A stretch of 64,000 nt of DNA. Origin: Blastocystis sp. Blastoise (lineage: Eukaryota; Protista; Bigyra: Opalinata). The translations under genes and the position numbers were made by a program. Shown here in pieces: positions 1 to 24,804 of the stretch. The stretch is from NCBI GenBank assembly GCA_039096225.1, contig JBBPEB010000005.1, forward strand, positions 372,001 to 436,000, written 5' to 3'. The notes under the pieces were generated by a model, which was not told where the DNA came from, searched no databases, and saw only the letters and a list, made by a program, of their open reading frames with translations. Each line of letters opens with the position of its first letter. Position 1 is the first letter of the stretch.

Positions 1-2065
1 ATATACTAATTTACTTGGTACTTCTAAAGTCTATATAATAATAATAATAAACATATAATAAACATATAATAAACATATAATAAACATATAATAAACATAT
101 AATAAACATATAACAAACATATAATAAACATAATATACATTAGCAGATGTAGGTAAATATAAATGTTCGAAATCCTCTTCATCGAATTCGAAAGAACAAA
201 GTTTATGGCATACAAATAGAATAATCGAAAGATCAGAAGAAGAAATAGCTGTATCATTATACTTATCTTTATATGTTGCTAATATCTATATAAATATATA
301 AATAATAATATACTCTATATTATATAATTTCAATAATAATAACTAAATATATATTTACTTTAATATAATCATCTTTTTCCATATATTCTCGAATTCCTAT
401 TTCTTTTAATTGTTCAATATATGTAGATAATGATTCAGGAACTGTATATATACCTAAATAATTAACTTCTAAAGGAGATAAAAAGACAGAATTCACTCCT
501 ACAAATTCCTTATTAGTCCAAATCCATTTTATATTCTTTAATGATTCTTTAATAGAATCAGGTACTATTTGTTTAGTTATAATAATATCATTATTCTCTT
601 TAGGAATAGAAATAGATCCTCTTTTCTTTGTACCTGAAATTGGCTCTAGAGGAGGAAGAGTAGGTTTAATGGATTCATTCTTATTACTAAATAATTGTTC
701 ATATATAGTTATACATGTATTTGTAATTGATTTCGATAATTCATGTGAATAATTCTCCTTTTTATATAATGAACTGATGCCTATTAATTGCTTTAATAAT
801 GTTTCTTGAGAAAAATGAGTTGTTAATTGTAATGATTGAATAAAATCAGGAGATAACTATATATAATATAATTGAATATAATATATATTTATAATATTTA
901 TATATACTTGTTCTGTAGCAATTATATAATATTCAGAAGATGCTAACCAACAATTATTCATGGAAATGCATTCATTTAAAGCATGAAATACGCTATTTCC
1001 CACGGGTTTTGAAGGCAATACAGGAGAAGGAGGAATAGAACATACATGAATAAAAGGAATCTAAAATATATAAAAATATATATAATAAGTATGTAATATA
1101 ATGTAATAAACATATAATATAATTTAATAAACATATAATAAATATGTAATATAATTTAATAAACATATAATAAACATATAATATAATTTAATAAACATAT
1201 AATAAACATATAATATAATTTAATAATTTAAAAAAAAAAAAAAAAAAAAAAACATATATATACTTCTTTAAGTTCTTTTAAGAATTGTTCAGTAGACATA
1301 TACTGATCTTCTTCTTTTCCTTTATTCCCGTAGAAAAAGGAAAAAATACCTTTTGAATTTGAAGAAGAAGGTAAGAATCTATTTTGTTCTTTATTTAAAT
1401 AACATAATAATAAATCAGATTCTTGTATATATCGGTCAATATTATCTATATTATTATTATTTATATCTTCTTGAATTTTATCTACTAAATTATGACATAT
1501 TTTTAAATAACTATTTCTATGTATAACTTTATTAATTCCTAATAAATCAAATATATATTGATATTCTGGTTTTTGATATATAGACAATGGATGATATGTT
1601 TTAGGTAATAATGTTTGTATTGAGATATCTATAGGGTTATATAATTCTGAAGGTATACATAATTCATTAAAATCATTAGGAAACCATTTTATAGTAGTTA
1701 ATATTTTCATCATAGATGAATCAGATCTATATATAATAGATATATAATAGATATATAATGGATATATAATAGATATATAATAGATATACATATTAAATGT
1801 ATAATAATATAATAATATATAATAGATATATAATAATATATGAACAATTTGAATATTGAATAAAAACATTAAATATATATATACTTAATAATATTGAAAT
1901 TATCTAGAATATCATTAATAATAGTATTTCTTAATGTTATATCCATAGTAGTCATTTTAGGAAGAAAGAATTCTTTTAGAAACAGTAAATAAGTAAGTCG
2001 ATGATTTGAAAGAAGACGGAGATTTGTGGACTCATAGGAACTATATATATTAAATATTATTATAA

Positions 2066-2111
<46 letters not shown>

Positions 2112-4751
2112 GATTGATAATTAATAACATTAGTATATCCATTAAGAAATTTCTTTTGAATAATATCATCAGGTATATAGATATCTTTAGTAGAAAGAGA
2201 AACATAGGTATTCCCGTGGGTATAGAAAATAGGTAATTGACTAATTATTGCACTATACTATACATATATAATGTTATAATATATATATATATACTTTATA
2301 TAAAATATATTAATATACCTGCTTAATAAGATCTGGACTTCCTGCAATAATATATTTATAAAAATATTGTTTATCATTATCACTGAGAGATTGTACAGTT
2401 TTAATTGTTTTCTGTAACACAGATGGGTCTTGTAAAGCAATAAGTTTAATAAGAGAATCAGCATGACAAGGTAAATAATAATAAGATAAAGACTTTTTCA
2501 GGGAGGAAGAGAGAGAGGTGTCTAGTAGAGGAATCGATATCTATATAAATAATGATAAGAACAAATATCATTATATGTGAATAATAAAATATATGAAAGT
2601 AAGGGACATTTATATCAATAATTATAATAATATGAATAATATATATATATATACGTTTAATAAAATATCTTTCATATGATCTTCTAATCCTTCCGTATTC
2701 ATACAAAAAGGAGTATTACTATTAAATCGACATAATATATTATTCTCACAAGGAATAAATGGACCAATAGACTCAATTTCCATGGGAATCTTCAGATTTT
2801 TATCCTTAAATATATAATTAATACATTGAAGTATCCATTCTTTAGTAAATTCAGAAGTATAAGAAGATAGTGAAGACATATTCCATTCCTATATGTATAT
2901 GATTAATAATAATAATTATTATTATTATTATATATAATATTATGATAATAATAATATCTATATACATCACCTAGTTCATCTTTTAATAATAAAATAAAGG
3001 AAAGTATATCTACTTCATATATATTAAACTTATTTGATAAATATATTAATCTTAATTTATTATAAAGTCCCGTAGGAATTGAGTGATATATAAAACGAGA
3101 ATTACTCTTATGAAATAATTTTGTTATTAATTCATCACCTTTAATAAATAATAAATAATAAAATTTATAAATAATAAATAATAAATAATAAAAATAATAA
3201 ATAATAAAAATAATAAATAATAAAAAATAATAATAATAATTCTATATATACCAAGAAGATATTGATTTTCATTATTAATATCTTTATTAATAAGGTGATC
3301 TAATAATTCCTCAAAAGACTGTGTTGGGTAGGCAGTATAAACTTGACGAATTTGAGACTATTAATATATATATATATATAATCACTATTTAATTCTTTAT
3401 TAATAAATATATATATATATATATATATACAAGATTAAATCCCATATCATAAAATTGACATAACACATCTTCGTTAGGAGTAAAAACACGTGATAGCCGA
3501 CCAATAGAATCCGTCTCAAGAGGAAGAAGTTGTAACTGATCAATTTCAATCATATTCTTATCATTTATATCTTCTAAACAATAACTATAGAATATTAGGA
3601 TTATGTATATGTAATAAATTTGAATAGAAAAACTATTATAACAAACAATTAAATACAATTAAAACTATATATATATATATGTACTCTAAAAGAAGACATA
3701 TTTGATTTTTAATCATAAATTGTAAATGAAGATTTGGAGTGTTCACAATATATTTACGAATAATCACGGGAGAAAGAAGTTTGATAAAAGAATCATTTCC
3801 ACGTGTTAAGAATTCGACTAAGAATTGTGGTAAAGCGGCTATATTAAAGTTTATTTTATGAAGAGCATCAACAAATAAACGTAAACTATCTGGAAATACT
3901 ATATTCATTTCTTGTTTATTTATATATTCTATATATAGATTTGCATCAAGTATATAGGAATAATCATGAATATTCACAAAATGATTTGAAGCAATATCAT
4001 AAAAAATAGATTCATTTACACATAATTGTCGAAATGTATTAATAAACATGCCCCATTTATCTGTACCTTCTTTCTTTGGCCAAAATATACTATATAAACC
4101 ATCATATGGATAATGTAATGACATATAAATCATAAAACGAACGTAGCAAGGAGCAATAACAGTATTTAAAAGGAATATATTCCATAAACAACGAGGGTCC
4201 TCTTTAAATTCAGTTTCTACGTCATACCATATATCACGACGATTATCACTTAAATCAAAATAACCATTAATATTCACGGGAATCTGACAGGAAATAGGAA
4301 GAGGTAAAAAACAATATGCATAACCTATAAATAATATATATATATAGTTTATTTGTTTATGTGCTTTATAATTATATATAAAATAATATATAAAATAAAA
4401 CTTAAAGAGATACATAATTATATATACATATATATATACCTTCTTTATTCTGAATAGGTTTATTTGTTTCAATACAACCCGCAATAGCTCCCCACGGTAA
4501 TCTTCGCTTTTTATCAAGAGTTTTATTGAAATCAATTGGTGGAGATGATTGTGTTCCGTACTGAGATGTAATATAATAAGTAGATGTATATATTTGTTTT
4601 GATTGTAGAGAAGAAAGAGAGGAAAGAGAAACAGAAGGAGATATTGAAGTCTCAAATGTAACCGTATAATCAAAATAAATAGCTATATATATATTATTCA
4701 TATTGAATAATATTATTTGTATATATATAATACTCGAAAAGTTAATAAACA

Positions 4752-4800
<49 letters not shown>

Positions 4801-5104
4801 GTTTAACATGATCTGTTTGATTCTGACATTGTATCATCGCTTCTTTCATTCCATTTCTACATTTTGATATTGATTCTGTTATATCTTTAACTTTTGTTTC
4901 ATATAAGTATATAATAGAATCATTATTACAAGGAATATTATGCTATATATATAGTGTATTATTATGTTAATCTTTATATATATTATATATAGATATATAT
5001 ACATTTTCAGGTAATACTCCTATTTTAATAGAAGTAATATTCTTAAGGAATAGTATTATATTCTCCAAATCTCTACCTAAATCTGATAAAGAATCCATCA
5101 TCTA

Positions 5105-5168
<64 letters not shown>

Positions 5169-6070
5169 TTCTGGAGTATAACAATTACATGAAATCTCAT
5201 CTTCTCTAAATAATAATAATAAAATATATTTAAAAACATATATATATATAATAATAAATAATATATATATATATACGTATTCTTTAAGTTATTCACGATA
5301 TCAGGTGTTCTTAACGGTAAACGGAATAGTGTTTCTTTAAAGGGATGACCAAATGATTTAACTTTTATAGAAAATGTTTCTAAAACATCTTTTATTTCAT
5401 TTATCTTATCTTTTGTTTGAATGAAATCTAAACTCAAACCAGTGTCAAATTGTGGAGGTAAAATACGTCTCTATGCATATAAATAATATAGAAACATAAT
5501 AATATTTTTGAATTAAAAAAAAAAGAAATACCGAAGGGTTAAATAAGCAGAATTTTGAATCCGAAATAAACATTGGATAATCGGTAATGTGATACCTAAA
5601 AAAAGATATATTTATTATGTTTAAAAATTCATTCAACATACACAGAATTAAAACCAATTCCAAACTTTCCTGTAGAAAAACCCTCGCCATCTTTACCTTT
5701 CAATGAATCACCAACAGACTAAATTGTGAATGATAAAAATCAACAAGAATATACTTGAATAGAACTGAAATCTGAATCTTTGAAAAATGAATCATTGTAA
5801 ACCAGTAAGGCAGGACCTTGACACTCTTTCATAGAAGGCGTGATCAAATGATCTGTATGATAAGAAGCAAGATCTAATATAAATTCAACGTTGTGTGCAC
5901 CAGCATCATCAGCATTTTGCAATAATTCCTATATCATATGACTATTAATTATTATTAGATATTACTTTAAATATTGTAGTTCCTTTCGGATAGTTTTCTA
6001 AGATCTTTTTTAATTGTGTTGTTAACTTGACTTTTTGACTAAAGTCTTGCAATCCACTAAAAAGACTCAT
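1..6070 (-). CDS. Sacsin-like protein (HSP90-like SRR domain), multi-exon, runs off the left edge of the window
   Basis: Spliced N-terminus MSLFSGLQDFSQKVKLTTQLKKILENYPKGTTIFK|ELLQNADDAGA...QGPALLVYNDSFFKDSDF...GKFGIGFNSVYHITDYP, followed by TLFRLPLRT and CFLPLP...PVNINGYFDLSDNRRDIW. These are sacsin SRR motifs. ATG at 6070; GT-AG introns keep the frame wherever checked. Confidence 0.88.
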
Positions 6071-6632
6071 ATTTCCTTTATATTTTTCAATTGTTTAATT
6101 AAAAATTATATAGAATAATAAAAAGAAATATAATTCTCATCTTTTCTATTTTATAGATATTCACGGTTTTTGTGAAAACTGTCAGTCATTTTTTAAAATT
6201 ATTTTTAATATCCAGTTTTTCTTTCGTTTTCCTAGTAATTATTCACTTTTAAGTATTTAAATGTTGATATAAAATGTTGTTTTTATTACTATCGTATTTA
6301 AATAAATACACTCTTTAGTTATAGTTATTTTTTATATATTTTAATTTCATAATTTACTTTTTTGATATATTTTTTAAACAAAATAAGTGTAATATTGTTA
6401 TTACAATGATTTAAAATGTTTTTACTATTTGTTGTGATGTTTAAAACGCCATAAAAACACAACAAATTATATGGAACACGCAAATTGTGTTTGTATTACT
6501 GTTAGATATGATTCAACAGTTTTTAAACGTTAAGCTAAAAGTAATAAAATATGTAATTATAAAAAAATTAAAAATAAATGTTTTTGATATATTGCAATTA
6601 TGTTTTTCAATTATATTAATATTATATAGATC

Positions 6633-14572
<7,940 letters not shown>

Positions 14573-14854
14573 TGAGTCAATATTTTATCAGAATAAATTT
14601 CAATAATACTAGAAGAACCTTTCTAAAAATATTAAAAAAAAAAATTTTGCTAGAAAACAATTTGAACTTGTCTGAAAAATATTCAGTAGTTAAAAAAATT
14701 GTTTATTTTTCATCTTATTCAAGTGATAGAATGTTTGTAAGATATTTATATTTTTTTCTATTAATGTTGAAATGATGTTATAATAATTTTAAAATGGTTT
14801 TACAAAAAAAGACGACAACACATGCAAATAGTTAAGAAATGCTTCTTTAAAACC

Positions 14855-15744
14855 TTAAATAACTTTATTAATACAATCTTGAACGCATTGTAAAGGTAAT
14901 CCCATTATCTATTTAAAATATATATATTATTTTTGTAAATAGTTTAATAAAAATAGTTTATATTGATTTTCATATTAAATTATATATATATATATATATA
15001 TATTAATCTAAAACTAAATAAATAGATACAGAGTCCCATGTTCCTTGAATTGTATTAACACATGAGTTAAGTAACGGATCTTCTAATGTGACTGCACCAC
15101 AAGTATAATAAATAATTCCTTTTTCAATCATCCTCTCCATATTTTCTTTTGGGATTGTATTGAATTAAATAGTATTAAGAAATTTTATAAAGACAATTCT
15201 AACAAAAATATCTAATAAACTTATAAACCTTATCTATATTACATAATTCTTAATTAAAATATATAAAATAAATGTAGAATAATTAATATAAATAAAAAGA
15301 TATAGTGATCGTAGTAATATCAACAGTTCCTGAATGCTTATGATTATTTGAATTAAATACATAAACGGAAGAAATAATTTGTAAAGATGAATTTGAATAT
15401 GAAGATATAAATTGACGAGCTTCATATTCATCAACAGGTTTCTCTCGAATACTATCATTATAAACAACAACTTGGTCACAAGTAATCAATAACGTATTTT
15501 GGGAAACATTGGATTGTAAAGCTTTTGATTTCGCTTCTGCTAAATGAAATACAAGATCTTGAGGAATTGGATAACGAATTGCTTTCTCATCTATATCGGC
15601 TGTTATTGTTGAATAATTTTGATGTATAGTATCGAAAACTCCTCTTCGAAACGATGATTGAGTACCCAGAACAATAGAATATGAATCAGGATAGTCTATT
15701 CTTGTTGTTGAGTATGGAGTTTTTTTCAATTCAAAAGTATTCAT
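14855..15744 (-). CDS. Maf-family nucleoside triphosphate pyrophosphatase (3 exons: 15744-15304, 15164-15030, 14908-14855)
   Basis: IVLGTQSSFRR, ADIDEKAIR, LAEAKS, LITCDQVV, IREKP, then FNTIPKENMERMIEKG...GTWDS|IMGLP...*. This is the Maf/Ham1 motif set. Confidence 0.88.
15165..15303 (-). other. Putative U12-type (minor spliceosome) intron with AT-AA termini
   Basis: 5' end ATATCTTTT; branch-site-like TTTCTTAAT ending 9 nt before the junction. Removing exactly this interval gives ...DITTIT|FNTIPKE in frame. No GT donor is available at this position. Confidence 0.7.
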
Positions 15745-16445
15745 AGAAAATAAAATGGAAATAATTATGAGTTTTTGAAATTTATCAGTTGGTTAAAATG
15801 AATTCATTTTCTTTTATTCCTATTTTATATAAATATTTGCTTCAGTAGTCCAAATAGTCATATATTCTTAGTATTTTGGTTTATAAACAAAAATAATGTG
15901 ATGATAATTTTTCACGGATATTACAGATTTATAACCAATTCTACGCGTATAAACATAAATAGACATTCTTTAATAAAAATCTCTATATATTTTGCATATA
16001 AACAAAATGGAATTATGTTTATTGATATGCTACACAAGTTTTAAATATAAATAAAAATTTAAATGAATTATAGACTAATTTGGAAAAAATTACGACAAGA
16101 AAAACAAGATTTGAATTCATGATATAACAGAAAGACTTATATGTATACTTACAATATACAATACAATATCAACTAGAGTTTATTAGAAAAAGAAATCTTA
16201 ATGATTTTTGTGTTTGAAGTTTTTCTAATCAAGAGACACATATTTTTTAAAGTTCAACTTCCCATGACTATTCTTTTTAGTGTATCAAAAGTTATTTCAA
16301 AAGAAGTGATGAAAAAGAAAAATGAAAGAAACAAAATAAAAAATGACCTTATCCTTCAATAATAATTATGAGAATTTTGGCTTTTTGTATTTATTGGTAT
16401 TCAACTGGTGTTTTTATTTTCTGTTCTTTTTCTGAGGCTTTCACT

Positions 16446-18259
<1,814 letters not shown>

Positions 18260-18968
18260 ACATTATATTCTTTATTTTATATCTATACAATATATCCATC
18301 TTTTTTATTTATTATATATATATATATATATATTTATCATTGATCAACTGTTATTCATTCTTTATTGTCTGTTTTATTTTTATATGTTTTTTTTTAATAA
18401 TTCATTCCTTCTGTATTCTATACTCTAGTATATATTTGTTATTTCAAATGCTCTATTTTTTGTTTTATTGATTATCATAAGAGACGATTCATGCTATTTA
18501 ATATATATATATTATGTATAGTAAGCAAACCTAAAAATTCATTAAGGAGACTTAGTTTTTGCAACAAATTTCATCATAAAAAAATTAAAATATTTAAAAA
18601 ATAGCATTTTTCAATAGTATAATTATTTTTCTGTTACACTCATTGTTGATCAAGATTACATTTAACAATAAATATGTAAAACAAGTCAATCTACTATCAC
18701 CTACACAAAAACAGTATCATTTTATTTTCATTTTCTTCGATATTTCTAAGACACTTGAAACGGAATTCATATTACTTTTCATATAATATTTAATTACTCT
18801 ATATTTCTCACTGTAAATAAAAAATAACTTTTTTATTATTAATCAGAAAAAACCACGGCTATTACAAGAATTCTACTACAAATAAAGAAATGAATCATTT
18901 TAAAAAACTCTAGTTATTATTCTAGTATATGTATCTCCCTTGTTTGTTTTCATATTTTATTTATATTA

Positions 18969-19905
18969 ATGAATAGAAAATATTCAAGTTATACGAATCT
19001 CGCGATATTTGGAAGTCCTGAAATTGATCTTAGCGATCGTATTTTTTTTCCTAAAAGTGATTTGCAATATTTCCAAGATTCTTTTTCTTCTCATCCTTTA
19101 CATATACAAATTACAAATAGATCTACAAGAAAAGCAGCATATGGAAGAGTTTATAAATTTGAGAATGAAGGTAATTTTTTTACGTTTCCAGAATGGATGA
19201 TGGAGTCTCTTAATTACCATGATGGAGATGCACTTATGATAAGAGAAACGGAAGTTGATCCAGCAATTCATATTGAAGCTACCATTGAACCAAAAAAAGG
19301 GAAAACTATATTTAGTGTTAATGAATATCATGAATTATTAAATGCATATAGTATTCTTCAAAAAGGTATGAAGATTCCTTATGATTATGGTATAAATTCT
19401 GGTCAAATTACAATTACTGATATGAAACCAGATGTTGCGAATACATATAATGTATATATATATATATTTGTTTTTTTTTTTTTTATTAATTATAATTTAA
19501 TTTTAATTTTTTTTTTATGTATCAAAATTTAATATATATAAATATATATTACAATAAAAACTAAATATGTATATAGGGTGATTTTACATTTGATCCTATT
19601 ATTAATGATATATGTAAAAATACATCAATACCACTAGGTATAGGTCAACAATATGAAAATACATTTACTTCAAGTACATCTATATGCTTCTTATTAAAGA
19701 ATTCAAATAATTCTCCTTATTTAAAAGGAACGTTAATAGTAAAAGATCCATCTTTAGATATAGATATTTATATAAATAAAAATACAAAACCAACACGATT
19801 TCTATATATTCAATCTACTACTGAAAAACAATATCCAAAAATAATTGTATTTCCCTGGGATCCTTCTGCTCAAGATTATTATCTATCTTTATTCCTGTAT
19901 ATATA

Positions 19906-19946
<41 letters not shown>

Positions 19947-20797
19947 TATAGTTTTCTATTATTAATATAATATAATGTATTTTATTATAATTTGATTCTA
20001 TATTGATTTTTCTTTTTTTTTTAATATAACTATATATTTTATATGTTTTTTATGTTTTCAAATAGAGTTATTTGTATATTCTATTGATATAATGTATTTA
20101 ATTTGATTTAAAGATGAATAATATATATATATATATTATAGATATAATGGAAATGGTGCATATATTTTACAAATACAAAATAGTAATGAAACTGAATATC
20201 ATGAATATATACAAAAGCAAGAAGAGTCTTATAAGTTTTCTCCTTATATTCCTTTAGAAGCTCCTGATGATTTACATGAAATATGTAGTAAATGTGGAGA
20301 ATTAATTGTGAAACGTAATATGGCGTATCATTTATTAAGTTGTGGAAATCGTTTTATACAATGTCAATTTTGTAAACAAAAAATATCTTCTCAAAATATA
20401 CAGAATCATTTTCATTGTCAGAATTGTACGAAGATTGTGAAATATGATGAATTTGAAAAACATGTTCGATTAGAACATCAGAAATATCCTTGTCCAGAAT
20501 GTAATAAACTTATATATTATCATACTTATCAATATCATCATGAAAATGAATGTCAAAATGCACCTAAAGAATGTCCTTATTGTTATACACAATTTTCTTC
20601 TACTGAATATATGACTCATATATCTCAATGTTATATGACTTATATTAAATGTCCTATTTGTTCTAAATCTATACAAAGAGAAGATTGTACTTCACATATG
20701 TCATCAATACATAATATTAATGATCCACAATTATTAAAGAATTATATTTTGAATGCACTTCCTGATTATGAATTCAAATCTTCACCTTATAATCATG

Positions 20798-20833
<36 letters not shown>

Positions 20834-21706
20834 GTAGAAATAGTTATTATTATAATAATGATAATAATAATGATAATAATAATGATTATGATTATGATAT
20901 TGATAGAAATAGTGATCGTTATTTTAATAGAAATTCATCCTCAAGTATGATTTCATCCTATTCTTCTAGAGATAATGAATATAAAAACAGAAATACTTTT
21001 AATTCTTCTCCATTTAGTTTATCGAATAATAATAATAATAACTATAATAATAATAACTATAATAATAATAATAATAACTATAATAATAATAATAACTATA
21101 ATAATAATAATAACCATAATAATAATAATAATAACTATAATAATAATAGAAATAGTTATTATAATCGATATGATCAAGAAGAGAAAAAGTCTGTTGTTAT
21201 CTCTCCTAATGCTTATAATGATTCTGAAGATAGTGATGATAATTTTTCTTATCATTCTCCATCAATATCTTTAAATAGAAATAATTACTATAGAAATCAA
21301 TCAAATAGTAATCATTCATCCTCTAATATATATGAACAATCAAATCCTATATATAATCAAAAACAAATTAAAAATGATGATGAAGAAGAAGAAGTTAAGA
21401 TTCCATGTGAATTTTGTGATCAATTATTTTCTTTAGAAAAACTTGAAATGCATCAATTAACTTGTAGTTTAAACCCTGAAGTGATTAAAAAAGAAGATGA
21501 AAAACTAATTAATAGTCGTTATAGAAATAAAAATGATTTTGATCAAAATATATATGATAATAATAATGGAATGAAACGTAATATGAGTCCTTCTATACAT
21601 GCTCTTAATCATTATCCATCTCAATCTAAATATATACATCAAGATAACTATGATTCTGAAGATGATAATTCTTATCATGGTATCTCACCTTATCATCAAT
21701 ATCAAT

Positions 21707-21738
<32 letters not shown>

Positions 21739-21933
21739 TATGATGATAATGATAATGATAATGATAATGATAATGATAATGATAATGATAATGATAATGA
21801 TAATGATAATGATTCTCCTTCTTATCATCATATGTTTTTTAATAATAAGCATGATCAGTCACCTAATGTTTCACCTCCTCTAGAAAGTAGTTCTCCTTCT
21901 ATTCCTCCATTTAAAGTTCCAAATATATATATA

Positions 21934-22005
<72 letters not shown>

Positions 22006-22403
22006 GCACCTAAATTACTTAATTTAATAAATAGAATTCAAAATGAAAAGCCTATGTCAGAAAATGATATTAAATCTATTCAAGAGATTCAAAAAATTGT
22101 ACAAGAAGATGAAGAAGAAAGAATAAAAAAACAAAATGTATATTATAAACCTATAAATGAAATAAATAATCAAGGTATCCTCAATAAACCTAAAAATCAA
22201 ATAAAAAAGAGTTATACATGTCTTTTTTGTGGAGAACCCTTTGATACATCTGAATTAAGGACTGTATCTATACTATTCTATCTATATACTCTTCTATATA
22301 TATAAATTATATTATATATATATTTTATTATATTATATTATTAATTATTTATATATAGGAACATTACAAACATTGTCGAAAAGGTCAAGCTGGTGATGAT
22401 TAA
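18969..22403 (+). CDS. UFD1-like N-terminal domain fused to tandem TRAF/XAF1-type zinc fingers and an Asn-rich tail
   Basis: DRIFFPKSDL...ITNRSTRKAAYGRVYKF...FTFPEWMMESL...LQKGMKI...ITDMKP resembles the UFD1 UT3 domain. Repeated CxxC...H...C/H fingers (CQFC, CPEC, CPYC, CPIC, CEFC) and a terminal CLFC...EHYKHC completed by the last exon (22359-22403). The start codon is uncertain. Confidence 0.75.
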
Positions 22404-22716
22404 TATTTCCATATTAATAAAAAATATTATTATATTTTATTATCATTCTTTAAACATTCACATATATTATATATATTTTATTTTTATTATACGTTCAATT
22501 TCATTGTAAACTGTTTTTTACATCATAAACAAAATATATAGCTTTATAATATATTTTTTTTATCATGTCAATAACTTTTTCTATTCCTCTTGTTTTGTAC
22601 TATACTCAAATAAATCATTAAAATCATTGTTTTGGTATTAACCAGTTTTCATATTCATGACGCTATTCGAACTCAAAGAAAAAGAAGAAACATTTTTTCT
22701 TTATCATACGTTAATA

Positions 22717-24446
22717 ATGAGCACAAATCAAGAACTTCTAAGATATTCAATTCAGAGCAATTGGTATCAATGTGATGAATTCTATATTTACGATGATTTC
22801 AGTATACAATTTCATTTTTTTTAAATACTCTGATTTATTATAGATCATAAGCAGTATAACTGTAAGCACGAAAATACTCAGTATGTTGTCGATACTGATT
22901 TATTTACTATTGAACAAGTATGTTTTTAATTATTCTCATGTATCATTCAGATTAGGATACTAGCAATTCAGTTATATTGAAATCACAAGAAGTAACAATA
23001 AAATATCAATGTCCAAACTTTTATCATCAACATGAGTCGTCATCAGTAAAATAATCATTATTTCTTTTTGAATAATATAAATATTTCGTGTAGATATTAA
23101 CATCAGATAATTCTCCCACAGATTCTAAATATTTATATTCTGGAAGCGAAGAAACAATTACACAATATGAATCTCCAAATAAGATATTGAATACAATAAA
23201 AGGTCATTCCTTCGAAACTACAAGTGTACGTTATCTTCCAAGTGGTCAAGTCATTCTAAGCGGTGGTTATGATCATAAAGTATGTTTGTCTTTTTTATTA
23301 TTTTTTTATATTCTCTCTATATATATATATATATACAATTTCACAATTAATATTATAATTAGGTAAATATATGGAGTATTAAAGGAACATTAGCAAGATC
23401 TATGTCTGGTTCTACAGGTCGAATTACTTGTTTAGATTATATACATGAAGGAAAGCAAGTAATTGGTGGTAATTCTAATGGTGATATACATATATATGAG
23501 TGTAAAAGAGGAATTTCTTTATCTACTTTATCTACTATCCCATATATTAACAATTATAATACATCTATTGTTAATTGTATTATATATTTTATATTTTATA
23601 TTTTATATTTTATATTTTATATTTTATATTTTATATTTTATATTTTATATTTTATATTTTATATTTTATATTTTATATTTTATATTTTATATTTTATATT
23701 TTATATTTTATATTTTATATTTTATATTTTATATTTTATATTTTATATTTTATATTTTATATTTTATATTTTATATTTTATATTTTATATTTTATATTTT
23801 ATATTTTATATTTTATATTATTCTATTTTATATTTTATATTATTACATTTTATATTTTATATTATTACATTTTATATTATTCTATTATTATATTTTATAT
23901 TATTATCTTATTATATTCTTATACTATTATATTATTATATTATTATATTATTATATTATTATATTATTATATTATATATTATATATTATATATTATATAT
24001 TATATATTATAATAATATTTTTATTATGTTATTATATTATATACATAATCTCTTATAGGTATTACTTCATGTCATTATATGGGTAATGATACCGATTCTT
24101 CATCAAATCTGTATTATATATATATATTATTTATTATTACTACATATATATATATATAGAGTAGTATGTTCTTCAAAATATGGTATATTTTCATGGGATA
24201 TTACTTCTGAGGATAATGTATATATGATTAAAATTACTACTATGTAATAAATAATAATAATAATAATCTTTTAGATTTTTTCTATAAATAAAGGTTTTAT
24301 TCCTTCTGTATCTGCTTTTAATAATACTTTAGTATATATACAAAATGGATCTATATATATTCATGATCTAAGAAATATTGAGTATACTTATATACATATA
24401 TATATCTCTTATTCTATTATAATTTTTATTTACTATTATATATTTG

Positions 24447-24519
<73 letters not shown>

Positions 24520-24804
24520 TCCTATTTCAATCATAACACCATCAACAACTGAACTCACAAAAGTTATAGCACTTAATGATAGTGAATATTTATGTGGTGA
24601 AATTGATGGAAGCATATATGTTGTTTCAATAAAAAATAATATTCCACATATAACTACATTTTTATCAGCATGCCAATATTCAATCAATGACCTAAATTAC
24701 AAAAATAAAAGTATTTATATATTGATTTTTGTAATCATTGTATTATAGAATTAAATAATATAATGGCTTCTAGCAAATCTGAACTTGCCTTATTCACTCT
24801 TTAG
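22717..24804 (+). CDS. PAAF1: WD40 proteasome assembly chaperone, PAAF1/Rpn14-like, multi-exon
   Basis: N-terminal IQSNW motif and IKGHSFETTSVRYLPSGQVILSGGYDHKVNIWS match PAAF1 signatures. The exons checked join in frame to TAG at 24802-24804. Confidence 0.8.
23582..23820. repeat. (ATATTTT)n 7-bp tandem repeat inside a PAAF1 intron
   Basis: Roughly 33 perfect copies visible directly. Confidence 0.95.
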
